DNA from: Bacteroidales bacterium
Lineage (GTDB): Bacteria > Bacteroidota > Bacteroidia > Bacteroidales > UBA932
Assembly (NCBI GenBank): GCA_017561865.1
Contig: JAFZBH010000005.1
Span: 28,302 to 92,301, forward strand
Direction: 5' to 3'
DNA: 64,000 nt
The first letter of the stretch is position 1. The number at the start of each line of letters is the position of its first letter. The position numbers were made by a program, and so were the translations under genes. This document shows, piece by piece, positions 9,789 to 19,620 of this stretch. The notes under the pieces are model-generated. The model saw nothing but the letters and a program-made list of their open reading frames with translations. It was not told the DNA's origin and made no database searches.

Positions 9789-11516
9789 CTATTTCCTCGA
9801 CCCCTGTCGCACCACAAAGACAACGGGGATGGTCAGGCCTTGCGCGACGGGGCGCCCTTTGTACGTCGCCGGCTCCCATTCCGGCGACTTTTCGACAGTC
9901 GCTACGACCAGCGCATCCAGTTCTTCGCAGATTCCTTCTATGATCTTCACATCCCGGACGCGGCCGTCCGTACCGACCTCAAACGACACTTTCACCGTCC
10001 CGGTATGATCACAAGTCTTTGGCCGCACGATGTGTCTGGCCAGCCAGCGGGAGAAACCGTTCAGGTCCTCACCTTGGAAAGTGGGCATCGTGTCCGGATT
10101 CAACAGATAGAAAGGCACTTCCTCATCCTGATTATCCCTATAACTGACCACGACGACTTCGTCCAGTTCCTGAGGACGTTTCATTGTGAAGACAACAACA
10201 CCGTTGGCGGCCCGGTCTCCGTATATTTGCCGGGCGTCGGCATCGTCCATTACCTCAATGGAACTGATACGGTGTCTATCGATTGCGTCGAATTCGTCTT
10301 TGGTCATTTCTTTTTCTTCACTCCCTGGCTGACGCAGAATGTATAGTGGGGTCACCACTTGGGCGCTATGCCGGGTCTTCAGTACACCGGCTTGTCGGAG
10401 TTGGTTGCGCAACTCGAGTTGCACCGCCTCCGGAGTGTCCGGCGCTTGATCAATGCTGGCGACCAGTTCCAGCCCCGGGACCTTCAGGGACTGAAGACGC
10501 GTCGCTACCTCGCTCAGCAGACATTCTTTGTCATCTATGAGAATCTTTCCATCCGCGTCAACATGAATGGCAACGATTTTTTCCTGGACATCCTGATTCC
10601 CTTCGTCGGTAACGACATTTTTACTATCTTTGTCTGTTGGGACATAGACAGTCCGCGCCTGCAGGCCAAGCCCTAAGCAGATGAGCGGGAGCAGGTAAAG
10701 CGCCCGCAGGCCTCTCGCGAGAGAGGATTTGGTTTTTGACATCATAGTAATACGATTTTTAAGGATACTGTGATTAAAGCTGTTGGCAACCGAGTAGCCG
10801 CTCTTGCCGACAGCTTTTCTTATTAACAGGTATTGATATTCCCTGAGGTTGGCGCCTCCCCGGAGCACGGCGTCATCCGCCTCATACTCATGGAGTTCCT
10901 GCAGGTCCGCGCGGAGCATCCAGATGGCCGGATTGAACCACTGGAGGGCGGATAGGACGTCCACCAGCAACAATTCGACGGAGTGCCCGTAGGCGATGTG
11001 CGCCTTCTCGTGCGCAAGAATGGGCGCGTGATCCCCTTCCCAGTCCTTGCGGGACAGGACGATGTAGCGCATCCAACTGAAGGGATCGAGGTCGCGGTCC
11101 GTGACGATTATCTTGCAATCGTCCTCCTGCCGGACCTGTTCGCCCTGGCGGATAATCCGGAGGATAGAAAAGATGGAAATGATGACTCTGGCCAGCACGA
11201 ACGCCACCCCCGCCCAGAACAAGATGGTAAGCGCAATTTGCCACCAGGGAGCGGACGGCTCCGCGGCCGATGCCATCTCCACTGCAGACAATTCCGGCAT
11301 CGCCACCGCCTGCCCGGTGACCTGCAAATCCATTTCCACCGGCTTACGAATGGTGATGATGCACAGCGGCAGCAGGAACGACAGTACGGCCGTCCCCACC
11401 AGCACCACGCGATTGAAGCGGTGGAAAGTTTCCTGCTTCAGGAGGAAACGGTAGAAGAGGTAGAAGACCAGCAGCGCTGCGGCCACCTTGCCTTCATAGA
11501 CGAGGAACTCCATCAT
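9789..11516 (-). CDS. BlaR1/MecR1-like M56 peptidase fused to ExbD-like, plug-like and TonB C-terminal domains
   Basis: HEKAH Zn motif, WFNP, HEYEAD, LKNRITMM; C-terminal GTVKVSFEVGTDG..WEPA..G.PV TonB_C. Confidence 0.88.
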   Translation of the reverse strand: MMEFLVYEGKVAAALLVFYLFYRFLLKQETFHRFNRVVLVGTAVLSFLLPLCIITIRKPVEMDLQVTGQAVAMPELSAVEMASAAEPSAPWWQIALTILFWAGVAFVLARVIISIFSILRIIRQGEQVRQEDDCKIIVTDRDLDPFSWMRYIVLSRKDWEGDHAPILAHEKAHIAYGHSVELLLVDVLSALQWFNPAIWMLRADLQELHEYEADDAVLRGGANLREYQYLLIRKAVGKSGYSVANSFNHSILKNRITMMSKTKSSLARGLRALYLLPLICLGLGLQARTVYVPTDKDSKNVVTDEGNQDVQEKIVAIHVDADGKILIDDKECLLSEVATRLQSLKVPGLELVASIDQAPDTPEAVQLELRNQLRQAGVLKTRHSAQVVTPLYILRQPGSEEKEMTKDEFDAIDRHRISSIEVMDDADARQIYGDRAANGVVVFTMKRPQELDEVVVVSYRDNQDEEVPFYLLNPDTMPTFQGEDLNGFSRWLARHIVRPKTCDHTGTVKVSFEVGTDGRVRDVKIIEGICEELDALVVATVEKSPEWEPATYKGRPVAQGLTIPVVFVVRQGSRK

Positions 11517-11878
11517 TTCTGCTGACCTTTTTCGACCAGTTCAATCAATTCCTTCAGCTCCTCGATGCTGATCTTCTCCTCCTTCACCAGGGCCGACACG
11601 GCGCTCAGATAGGAGTTGTCGAAGTATTTGTCGATGAGACCGATCAGCGAGCGCTGCTTGTATTCTTCCTTCGTCACCTTGGCGAAATACTGGTAGGTTG
11701 GGCCATACGCCTTGTGGCCGATAAAGCCTTCCTCCTGCAGGGTCCGCACCTGCGTGGAGAGGGTGGAGAAATGCGGCCGGGGTTCCGGGTACAGTTCCCG
11801 TAACTCCCTGACAAACAGGGGCCCCTGCTCCCAAAAGTGATTCATAATTACCTCTTCTTTCTTGGTCAGTCGTTTCAT
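11513..11878 (-). CDS. BlaI/MecI/CopY family transcriptional repressor
   Basis: LTKKEEVIMNHFW, HFSTLSTQVRTLQEEGFI; overlaps the M56 gene start. Confidence 0.92.
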   Translation of the reverse strand: MKRLTKKEEVIMNHFWEQGPLFVRELRELYPEPRPHFSTLSTQVRTLQEEGFIGHKAYGPTYQYFAKVTKEEYKQRSLIGLIDKYFDNSYLSAVSALVKEEKISIEELKELIELVEKGQQK

Positions 11879-11896
11879 ATCAGCAGTGTTTTTCTG

Positions 11897-11923
11897 CAAA
11901 TATAGCTAAAAGTTTTAACTATA
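11897..11923 (-). promoter_or_regulatory. Bacteroidota -7 box (TATATTTG) overlapped by a 23-bp imperfect palindrome, candidate BlaI operator
   Basis: caaatata at 11897-11904; TATAGcTAAAAgTTTTAaCTATA at 11901-11923. Confidence 0.6.
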
Positions 11924-12090
11924 CAACTATTTTTGTTTAATTATTCGATTATTTCCAATAACCGCGAAAATGGGTATATTTATTTAGCTCAGAATCAAGC
12001 TATTATTTATTATATCAACATTCTATTGCAAATAATACAATATAAATATTGTACAATATAATCATTGTTGCTATCTTTGCAGAAAAAGAA

Positions 12091-12552
12091 ATGACGTTTG
12101 ATAAGATACTTGACGACAGGCGGCTAGGAATTGGATTTCTTGAGGCGAACCAGTCCCCCACCCCTTCCCGTTGGCGCGAGAATGCACAATGGCGCCGGGA
12201 CAATGAGAATTGGCTCCGGTATGCGCGTTTTATTACGCTACAGGTAATGCGTGCTATGGAAGATCAAGCAGTCACACAAGTGGAATTGGCCAAGCGTATG
12301 GGCTGTACGCAGCAATATGTATCCACCTTGCTGAAGGGCAGTTCCAATATGACGCTCGAAACCATTGCACGTCTGGAAAACGCATTGGATATCGACCTTG
12401 TCAGATCCGCATTAACCTACGTTAGCGGATATGGCTCTGCGGCTTCGCATCCGAAATACCTTAATGATTCCGGAGGAGAAAAGTTGCCCGCCGGAATCAA
12501 GACAAGCGACCTAGTCGATGGTTATAAGCCTGAGAAGGAAGACCGCGGGTAA
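12091..12552 (+). CDS. XRE/HTH_3 family transcriptional regulator
   Basis: TQVELAKRMGCTQQYVSTLLKGSSNMTLETIARLE; TATCTTTG -7 box at 12072-12079. Confidence 0.85.
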   Translation: MTFDKILDDRRLGIGFLEANQSPTPSRWRENAQWRRDNENWLRYARFITLQVMRAMEDQAVTQVELAKRMGCTQQYVSTLLKGSSNMTLETIARLENALDIDLVRSALTYVSGYGSAASHPKYLNDSGGEKLPAGIKTSDLVDGYKPEKEDRG

Positions 12553-12641
12553 GCATTACTGCGCAAGCGCGCGCTCGGCATGGGTCTCAGCATACGGCTT
12601 CCGGTAAAACCAAACACCATACCACGGCTAGCTTCCGTTGT

Positions 12642-13427
12642 CTAATACCGAATCGTCAATCCGGTGCTGATTGTCGTGTATTCGGGGCCTGCACTCCAAC
12701 CGCTGGGATGCACGGATACGAAGGCGCCTAATTTGCGATACCAGACGGCGGCTTTGGCACCAAAGCGAAATCCGACGTTGGTGATGGCTGTATCTGCATG
12801 CAATTCGGATTTCCCCCCGCCATGCAAGACGAGACCGTCCACCACAGGGACCATAGTCGTGGAGTAGAGGTTCTTGTATTGGGAATAACCGAGCCCCGGC
12901 TGCAACTGGATGCCGAAAGACCAGTCCCCGGATTCCCGGACATACCCGAGTTCGAGGGACAGCATCCGCTCCGAATAAGCGGCATCGAAACTGCCCATCG
13001 CATGAGCGACCCGGACAGGTTCGTTGTTATTATCGAACAAGGTTCTTCTGGGCAGAGAGCGGCTCTCGAATCCATAGTTCAATCCCAGCATGAACAGATT
13101 GCCGTTCCTCCACGGTCTATACCGCAGTTCCAGAAGGGAAACGGCTCCATAGATGCCTCCGGAGTGCAACCCGATCGGTGTACGATACTCTTCAACCAAA
13201 TCCCCGGATGCAGTAGTCCCTTCATACGTATAGTAATACTCCGGGACGTGCAGGGCATAACTGTATCCCAGGTTCACCTCCCCGAATGCAACGAGGGACC
13301 ATTGCGGCTTCACGTTCTTCACGGTCAACCCGAACAGGGGGACCTCAAAATTGAGTTTGTCTTCGACTTGAGCCGCTGCCGGCAGCATTACCAACATAGC
13401 CGATAAAACAAAAAATATCTTCTTCAT
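12642..13427 (-). CDS. Putative outer-membrane beta-barrel protein
   Basis: Signal peptide, alternating beta-strand pattern, C-terminal aromatic residue (GLTIRY). Confidence 0.6.
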   Translation of the reverse strand: MKKIFFVLSAMLVMLPAAAQVEDKLNFEVPLFGLTVKNVKPQWSLVAFGEVNLGYSYALHVPEYYYTYEGTTASGDLVEEYRTPIGLHSGGIYGAVSLLELRYRPWRNGNLFMLGLNYGFESRSLPRRTLFDNNNEPVRVAHAMGSFDAAYSERMLSLELGYVRESGDWSFGIQLQPGLGYSQYKNLYSTTMVPVVDGLVLHGGGKSELHADTAITNVGFRFGAKAAVWYRKLGAFVSVHPSGWSAGPEYTTISTGLTIRY

Positions 13428-13438
13428 CTGACTGTATA

Positions 13439-13882
13439 TTATTGCTTTTCAAACATTCCACGTAAATCGGCGAGGGTCGCGGAGCCCTCCAGATAGAGGA
13501 TGGTCACCTTCCATTGCCCGTCCACGGGCCGGGCCTGGTAGCAAAGGTAGCGATGGATGCGTCCTTTGGTTTTCGGCTGAATCAGTGCATAAGTCAACAA
13601 GAGGCCCGTCTTCTCCGTCTCCCGGACATCCGCCGCGGCGACATCCTCTTCGATAAGCGACGCCACTCTCGCCGCCAGATCCTCTTCCACCAGGAAACTG
13701 ATGCCCTTGTAGTAGTCTAACTTGTAAGCCGCCACGCTGCTGCCGCGGACTTCCGTGACCACCATCTGCCTCTCCGGGACTACCCTTCCCCGGAATACCG
13801 GGTAGCAGTTCAGTCCCCGCTGGGCAAAGGCCGCAACGGAAAACAGGAGCAGCGCAAGGATGCTTGTGAGTATCTTTTTCAT
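13439..13882 (-). CDS. Secreted hypothetical protein in ECF operon
   Basis: Signal peptide MKKILTSILALLLFSVAAFA; 4-nt overlap with the upstream anti-sigma gene. Confidence 0.7.
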   Translation of the reverse strand: MKKILTSILALLLFSVAAFAQRGLNCYPVFRGRVVPERQMVVTEVRGSSVAAYKLDYYKGISFLVEEDLAARVASLIEEDVAAADVRETEKTGLLLTYALIQPKTKGRIHRYLCYQARPVDGQWKVTILYLEGSATLADLRGMFEKQ

Positions 13883-14298
13883 CTCGTGAACATTTCAATC
13901 AGACTGGTCTCGACGGAGATCTCCTGCCCGAAGAAATCCGTCAGGGAGGCTTCCACCGAAGCCATGATCAATTCTTTATCATCCTCTTTCTCGCCATATG
14001 CAAAGCGGATGCAATCTTCTTCCGGAACCCGATGGCCGGCAACCGAAAGACTCACGCCCAGGACAGCGATGACGGCGATGCCCGCTGCAACGGCAAACGC
14101 ATAGAAGCGGATTGCCCGGCTCCGGCGGGCCTTCTCCTGCCTTCCGATGGACAGGTATCCCAACGCGCCCCGGAGTTCCTCGAACTCAGGATCATCCGTC
14201 CGCGCGGCGTACCGGGCCAGATCCCGCTCCTCTTCCGGGCTGGTCTCCGCCTCCCAGTATCGATGCATCAAACTCAAGTATTTCTCTTTATCTGTCAT
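13879..14298 (-). CDS. Single-TM putative anti-sigma factor
   Basis: LMHRYWEAETSPEEERDL N-terminal motif plus one TM, downstream of an ECF sigma. Confidence 0.7.
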   Translation of the reverse strand: MTDKEKYLSLMHRYWEAETSPEEERDLARYAARTDDPEFEELRGALGYLSIGRQEKARRSRAIRFYAFAVAAGIAVIAVLGVSLSVAGHRVPEEDCIRFAYGEKEDDKELIMASVEASLTDFFGQEISVETSLIEMFTR

Positions 14299-14785
14299 CT
14301 TTCAAAGCGTTTCTTAGTGTTTTCCTCGCACGGGAGAGTTGCATCCTTACCGCCGCCGCTTCCATTCCCAGTTCCCGGGCTATATCTTCGAGCGTCCTCC
14401 CACCGTATTCTTTTTCTTCCAATATATATTTCTGCAGTTGCGTCAACTCGCTGTCTATCTTTCGTTTCAGCTTGTCGTATGCCCGTTGCTTTTCATCATC
14501 ATCCGGGCTCTCATCCGGCAAATCCGTTTCCAGCGGTTGCGGCCGTTTTCGTCGCCGTTCATTGAGGCTCGCATTCCGTACCGTCCGGGTGAGCAGCGCC
14601 TCCGCCTCCTGTTCAGACCGCAGCGGATAGTGCTTTCGCCAAAGCCGCACGAAACTGTCCTGCAGGACATCTTCCGCCCCGTCCGGATCCGCCGTCACGC
14701 GCCCGGAAATCACCTTCAGCTTCTGTCGAAGCCGTATGAATGCCTCAGTTAAAAAGTCCTGTGTCACGCTGAGCCCTTTGAGCAT
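14288..14785 (-). CDS. ECF RNA polymerase sigma factor (start at ATG 14785 or GTG 14767)
   Basis: AEDVLQDSFVRLW; TLEDIARELGMEAAAVRMQLSRARK. Confidence 0.88.
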   Translation of the reverse strand: MLKGLSVTQDFLTEAFIRLRQKLKVISGRVTADPDGAEDVLQDSFVRLWRKHYPLRSEQEAEALLTRTVRNASLNERRRKRPQPLETDLPDESPDDDEKQRAYDKLKRKIDSELTQLQKYILEEKEYGGRTLEDIARELGMEAAAVRMQLSRARKTLRNALKDDR

Positions 14786-14850
14786 TTTTCGTGCCTCCAC
14801 TATAATAACACGCTGTGCGAGGAGATGTAACAGCGTTTTACTGTCGGGCA

Positions 14851-15228
14851 TCAAATATTCAGAAAGCGGGAGTGGTGGCGGGCAAGGCTGAGCGGAAGAA
14901 CGATGGCGCAGGCAGCGGAGACAATACCGAGGGCCAGCAGGATATAGTTGACAACGTTTCCAGCCAGGGCATCCTGCGGGACGATAAGAGAAATGTCCGT
15001 CAAGTTGACAGGATGAAAGAGAAACAGCACCGTAAGAGCAACGCCGAGCAGGATTCCTGCCACGAAAACGATGCACATCGTCCGGCGGCTGCGGCGGTAT
15101 TCACGGTCGCGGTAAGTTTTTATCTGTTCGACGGCGGAGAGCCGGGCATTCAGTTCCAGGCGGAAAGCCGCCGGATCGGACGGCTGCGGGGCCGCCTCAT
15201 GCAGGAGGGTTCTTATTTCGTCTTCCAT
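14851..15228 (-). CDS. Two-TM putative anti-sigma factor
   Basis: Overlaps the ECF 3' end; two hydrophobic helices. Confidence 0.6.
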   Translation of the reverse strand: MEDEIRTLLHEAAPQPSDPAAFRLELNARLSAVEQIKTYRDREYRRSRRTMCIVFVAGILLGVALTVLFLFHPVNLTDISLIVPQDALAGNVVNYILLALGIVSAACAIVLPLSLARHHSRFLNI

Positions 15229-15704
15229 TGTTCCAATAATGCTTTGATGTGTTGCCGGCCACGGGTCAGATAGACCCGGACGCTGCTGGCAGGTATGCCA
15301 AGGATTTCGGCCACTTCCTTGACCGGCCGGTCTTCCATATAATAAAGCAGTACGGCTGCGTGTTCCTTTTCCGGCAGCCTCCGGATGGCGCGGTGCAGCG
15401 CTTCATGGCGGAATGCGGCGTCCGGGGCATCCCCGTCTGTCAGCGTCCGCGCGCCTTTTTCCAGCGGCCCGGTCGGCAATTTGCGCCTTCGCTGCCGGTC
15501 GATGAAGATATTGTACGCGATTCGGAACAGCCAGGTGCCGAAGCGGCTGTCGCCGCGAAACGAGCCCGAGGCTACATAGGCGTTGAGCAGCGCGTCCTGT
15601 GCGATGTCATCGGCCTCGGCCGGATCACCGCACAGCGCGAGCAGGAACCTCCTTAATGGCTCCTGCTCAACTGAAACCAACCCTATAAACTCCTCGCGGG
15701 TCAA
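15213..15704 (-). CDS. ECF RNA polymerase sigma factor (probable TTG start)
   Basis: ADDIAQDALL..FRGDSRFGTWLFRIAYN; LPEKE..YYMED..KEVAEILG. Confidence 0.9.
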   Translation of the reverse strand: MTREEFIGLVSVEQEPLRRFLLALCGDPAEADDIAQDALLNAYVASGSFRGDSRFGTWLFRIAYNIFIDRQRRRKLPTGPLEKGARTLTDGDAPDAAFRHEALHRAIRRLPEKEHAAVLLYYMEDRPVKEVAEILGIPASSVRVYLTRGRQHIKALLEQWKTK

Positions 15705-15708
15705 TCGA

Positions 15709-16176
15709 TTACCGCTCGAGTTCCGCCAACTCTCTGGCCCAGGTCTTCTTCCCGACAAAGTACACGATCAGGAAGGCGATGCCTACGGCGAGTATGATGC
15801 CGGAAATACACATAAACACCAGCGGAAAACAAGATTGATCCTCCCATAAATCCGCCGTGGAATAATAGACCACTTGAGCAAGCAACGTTATCAAGCCTAT
15901 GACGCCTGTCACCATCGCCGTTGTCAGATATCCCATCAACTTGTCCTTGACGGACTTCGGCCGGGTTGTCACGTTGAAGAATTCCGGGTTCAGTTCCGCC
16001 CCGTTCTCAATGGATTTCATCAAGATCTCCGTCTTTTTGTCCACCTCGTGCCGGCGGGCCCGCATCACCAGCCAGACCACCAGCACGGGCAACACGACCA
16101 CAATCGTAATCGGAGTCAGAACCTGAACAAAATGGTCCAGGACACGCCATCCGTCAGTAGCAAGAATCGTAAACAT
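15709..16176 (-). CDS. DUF6249-like membrane protein upstream of an ECF sigma
   Basis: IVVVLPVLVVWL..KTEILMKSIENG; three TMs. Confidence 0.7.
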   Translation of the reverse strand: MFTILATDGWRVLDHFVQVLTPITIVVVLPVLVVWLVMRARRHEVDKKTEILMKSIENGAELNPEFFNVTTRPKSVKDKLMGYLTTAMVTGVIGLITLLAQVVYYSTADLWEDQSCFPLVFMCISGIILAVGIAFLIVYFVGKKTWARELAELER

Positions 16177-16205
16177 ATCAAATCATTTTTAAGTAATTTT
16201 CACTT

Positions 16206-16236
16206 ATTAGACGGAATCCGGCCGCGAAAGGCTACA
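16206..16236 (-). promoter_or_regulatory. Putative ECF-type promoter TGTAGC-N17-CGTCTAAT
   Basis: Matches the 9668-9697 motif; upstream of the DUF6249-ECF operon. Confidence 0.55.
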
Positions 16237-16330
16237 AAAGACAATAAGCCTGCACTTATATCCAAAGACTATACCACGCGGGAAAGCTTGTTTTTGATTC
16301 TATCCCGGATTATGAGTACCTTTGCGCGCT

Positions 16331-17179
16331 ATGAATACGATTTGGATTGTCCTTCCCATTTTGACACTCCTGATGTTCGATCTGGGGCTTTCCCTGCGCT
16401 TCGAAGATTTTGGCAAGGTGTTCCGGCACCCCTGGCCTATCGTGGTGGCGCTGTTCGGGCAACTGGTTCTGCTGCCCGCCATCGCGCTCGGCCTGGCCTA
16501 TTTGTTCCGGCTGCCGCCGGTCTTCTTCATCGGCCTCGTGCTCATCGCCTGCTGCCCGGGCGGCAGTTCCTCCAACGTATTCTCCAAACTGGCGAAAGGC
16601 GACGTGGCGCTTTCGGTCACGCTGACCGCCATCAGCAGCGTCGTCACACTGTTCACCATCCCCTTCATCATGAGCTGGGCCACGCGGCTGGTGGGCGACA
16701 GCGTCGGCATTTCCCTGCCGGTGGGCAACCTCATCAAGCAGAACCTGGTGCTGATGCTGCTGCCGGTCCTGCTCGGCATCGGCCTACACTATGCCTGGCC
16801 GCAGGCGGCGGAAAAGACCGACAAAGTTCTCTCTAAGCTGGCCTTTCCCCTGCTGCTGGTCCTGATCACGGTGTTCTACATCCAGCACCACCGGACTATC
16901 CTGGACAATATCGGCGTGCTCGGCGCCTGCGTGACCTCGCTCATCCTGCTGGCCATCGGCTGCTCCTCCCTGCTGTCCCGCCTGGTCCGGAACGACGCGC
17001 AGCAGCGCCGGACCGTCATCATCGAAGTGGGCATGCAGAACGCGGCTCAGGCCATTGCCATCGCCTCCAGTCCGCTCATCTTCGCCAACGAAGTGATGGC
17101 CATTCCCGCCATCCTCTACTCCCTGATGATGAACATCGTCCTGCTGACCTACGTCGGTCTCGTGCGGCGCAGGAAATAA
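16331..17179 (+). CDS. Bile acid:sodium symporter (BASS) family transporter
   Basis: CCPGGSSSN, KGDVALSV, IEVGMQN; TACCTTTG -7 box at 16317-16324. Confidence 0.92.
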   Translation: MNTIWIVLPILTLLMFDLGLSLRFEDFGKVFRHPWPIVVALFGQLVLLPAIALGLAYLFRLPPVFFIGLVLIACCPGGSSSNVFSKLAKGDVALSVTLTAISSVVTLFTIPFIMSWATRLVGDSVGISLPVGNLIKQNLVLMLLPVLLGIGLHYAWPQAAEKTDKVLSKLAFPLLLVLITVFYIQHHRTILDNIGVLGACVTSLILLAIGCSSLLSRLVRNDAQQRRTVIIEVGMQNAAQAIAIASSPLIFANEVMAIPAILYSLMMNIVLLTYVGLVRRRK

Positions 17180-17183
17180 AATA

Positions 17184-17265
17184 CGGGAGCAAATAGCCCC
17201 CGTTTCGCTCCCGGAATGCGGAATAACCGATTTCCAGGAGCAAAACGAGGCGTTCCCGCTCCCGG
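17184..17265. repeat. REP-like palindrome doublet upstream of the RAYT-like gene
   Basis: CGGGAGC(17184)-N16-GCTCCCG and CAGGAGC(17235)-N16-GCTCCCG, 51-nt period. Confidence 0.8.
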
Positions 17266-17430
17266 CAACCGCTTAATCCATACAAAATGGCGGCGTTTTC
17301 TATTTTTTATATGATTCAAACGTGCGGATTAATCATATAATTCATTGGGAACCATTTTTTTACAGGAAGTATTCAAAGTTAAACGATTAATCGGAAAAGA
17401 AATCGGATAAGCTGCATTAGTTTTGCAGGC

Positions 17431-18378
17431 ATGGATACATTTCGAAACAAAGCACCACGCGCGCTGTCTTTCCACGAAGCGGAACACCAGTGTGAACTGA
17501 CATTCCAGGACAACGGCCCCTATTATCACCTGTGTACACCTGGCGAAGAGATGGAGATCCTGTTTGAGGAAGAAGCGGATTTCCGCTTTGCGATGAACCT
17601 TGTCGCCTCTTGTACTTGGCAGACAAAAGGGGTAATCGTCCTGACGTTTGAAATCATGAAGAATCACCTGCATGTCGTCATGTCCGGAGATCGTGCCCGT
17701 TTACTGGAATGGTTCTCGTTGTTCAAGCGAAGGTTGCAACGCTATCTTGCAGACAAAGGTATCGTAATAAACTTGTCCGGCTTCGAAGCGTCCCTCTTCC
17801 CGATTGACAACTTGGAGACGCTTCGGAATACGATAGCCTATGTGAACCGGAACGGCTATCTGGTAGATGCCCGTTATACGCCTTTCTCCTATCCTTGGGG
17901 CGCTAACCGCTTCTTCTGCAACCCGGACATCCCCTTCCTGCAAGGGATCCCGTACGGGAACCTGACCTTTCGGGAAAAGAGACAACTGTTCCGGAGCCAT
18001 GCTATTGATTATCCGGACGACCACCTGGTCATGGACGGATACATTCTTCCGACATCCTACTGTAATCTCGCTTTGGCGGAAAGGATGTTCCAAAGCGCAA
18101 GAAGCTATTTCTTCCTCCTGTCCCGGAATGTCGAGGTTTATCGCAGCATTGCTGTCCAGTTGGGAGATCTCGTGTATTATACCGACGATGAACTGTTTCT
18201 CGTCGTTCGGCAGCTGTGCAAGGACGCATACGGCAACTCGCGTCCGGCTTCTCTGCCAAAGGATGCCAAACTGGAAATTGCCAAAAAGATGCACTTCGAC
18301 TATCAGGCGGGGAATAAGCAGATACAGAGGATGCTGCGGCTGGAAGAGCGCGATGTCGTCGCGCTCTTCGGAAAGTAG
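17431..18378 (+). mobile_element. RAYT-like / IS200-type Y1 HUH tyrosine transposase with C-terminal extension
   Basis: YHL, MKNHLHVV (HUH), AYVNRN (catalytic Tyr), YPWG; flanked by REP-like doublets; TAGTTTTG -7 box at 17418-17425. Confidence 0.8.
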
Positions 18379-18382
18379 ATTG

Positions 18383-18464
18383 CGGGAGCACAAGCATCCC
18401 GTTTTGCTCCCGGAGCACGTTAATTTCGTTCTCCGGGAGCAAATAAGGCCTTCTCCGCTCCCGG
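18383..18464. repeat. REP-like palindrome doublet downstream of the RAYT-like gene
   Basis: CGGGAGC at 18383 and 18434, each followed after 16 nt by GCTCCCGG. Confidence 0.8.
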
Positions 18465-18567
18465 CAGGCGGAGCAGACGGATGGCCGCGCCGGCCTGGGC
18501 AGCACGATGATGGGAGGCGGTATGATGTAACGGATATTTTGCTATCTTTGTAAAAAATGCCCAGGAG

Positions 18568-19620
18568 ATGAACAGACAGCACAACCGTCTCATCCTCAAC
18601 GTCGCGCAAGTCCTGATCTGGGCCTGCGCGATGTTGCTGCCCGCAGCCGTGACCTTGCTGATTTCAGGTGACAGCAACCGCTTCGCCAGGACCTTCTGGC
18701 CGTCCTTCTATATGATGCTCCCGATCTGCCTGGTGTACCTGCTCAATTACTTCCTGCTGGTCCCGAAACTCCTGTTCCGCAAGCAGGTGGTCTGGTTCAT
18801 CGTCCTGAACGTGCTGCTGCTGGCCCTGCTCAACGCCCCGAGCCTGTTCCCCCGCGGGGAGATTCCCGAAGGCCTGCGTGCCCAGCTGCAGCGGCGGGAC
18901 ATCCTGGCGTTCCGCATCCCGACCCTCATCTCCGCCGCGTTCTTCCAGCTGGTGTTCATCTTTCTGGCCATCGGCGTGCGTTCCATCATCCGCTCCAACG
19001 ACATCCAGTTCCAGCTGCAGGAGGAGAAGCGCAAGACGGCCGAGGCCGAACTGACCTGGCTCAAGCACCAGCTCAACCCGCATTTCCTTTTCAATACCCT
19101 GAACAACATTTCCTCCCTGACGCAGATCGACCCGGACAAGGCGCAGGAGAGCATCGGGCAGCTCAGTGACACGCTTCGCTACGCCCTCTACGATACGGAG
19201 ACGGACAAGGTGCCCCTCTCCGGCGAGGTGGGTTTCATGGACAACTACATCCGCCTGATGCAGCTCCGCTGCAACGAGCTCACGGAAGTCACGACCTCGT
19301 GGGACCTCCCCTCAGGCGACGTGAAGATCGCCCCGCTGCTGTTCATCTCCCCCATCGAGAATGCCTTCAAGCACGGGGTGAACGCCCGGATGGCGTCCTT
19401 CGTGCACATCGGACTGCATCCGGAAGGGAAGGACCTGGTATTTTCCTGCGATAATACGGTTTTCGAGAAAACCGGCGAGGACCACATCGGATCCGGCATC
19501 GGCGTGGAGAACCTCAAGCGCCGCCTCGAGTTGATTTATCCGAACGCATATAGCTACGAACAGACCGAAAAGGACGGGGTCTATTCCGTCCGGATCACGC
19601 TGAAGAACCTGCTGGGATGA
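18568..19620 (+). CDS. LytS/YehU-family sensor histidine kinase
   Basis: LKHQLNPHFLFNTLNNI, ENAFKHG, GIGVENLKRRL; N-terminal TMs. Confidence 0.93.
   Translation: MNRQHNRLILNVAQVLIWACAMLLPAAVTLLISGDSNRFARTFWPSFYMMLPICLVYLLNYFLLVPKLLFRKQVVWFIVLNVLLLALLNAPSLFPRGEIPEGLRAQLQRRDILAFRIPTLISAAFFQLVFIFLAIGVRSIIRSNDIQFQLQEEKRKTAEAELTWLKHQLNPHFLFNTLNNISSLTQIDPDKAQESIGQLSDTLRYALYDTETDKVPLSGEVGFMDNYIRLMQLRCNELTEVTTSWDLPSGDVKIAPLLFISPIENAFKHGVNARMASFVHIGLHPEGKDLVFSCDNTVFEKTGEDHIGSGIGVENLKRRLELIYPNAYSYEQTEKDGVYSVRITLKNLLG

Noticed and set aside
12091-12552. XRE gene as part of a toxin-antitoxin pair
   Set aside because: No adjacent toxin ORF is visible; the upstream AT-rich region holds divergent promoters only
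17184-18464. CGGGAGC/GCTCCCG repeats as a CRISPR array
   Set aside because: Only 7-8-nt arms in doublets, no 25-40-nt direct repeats and no cas genes; they fit REP-like elements
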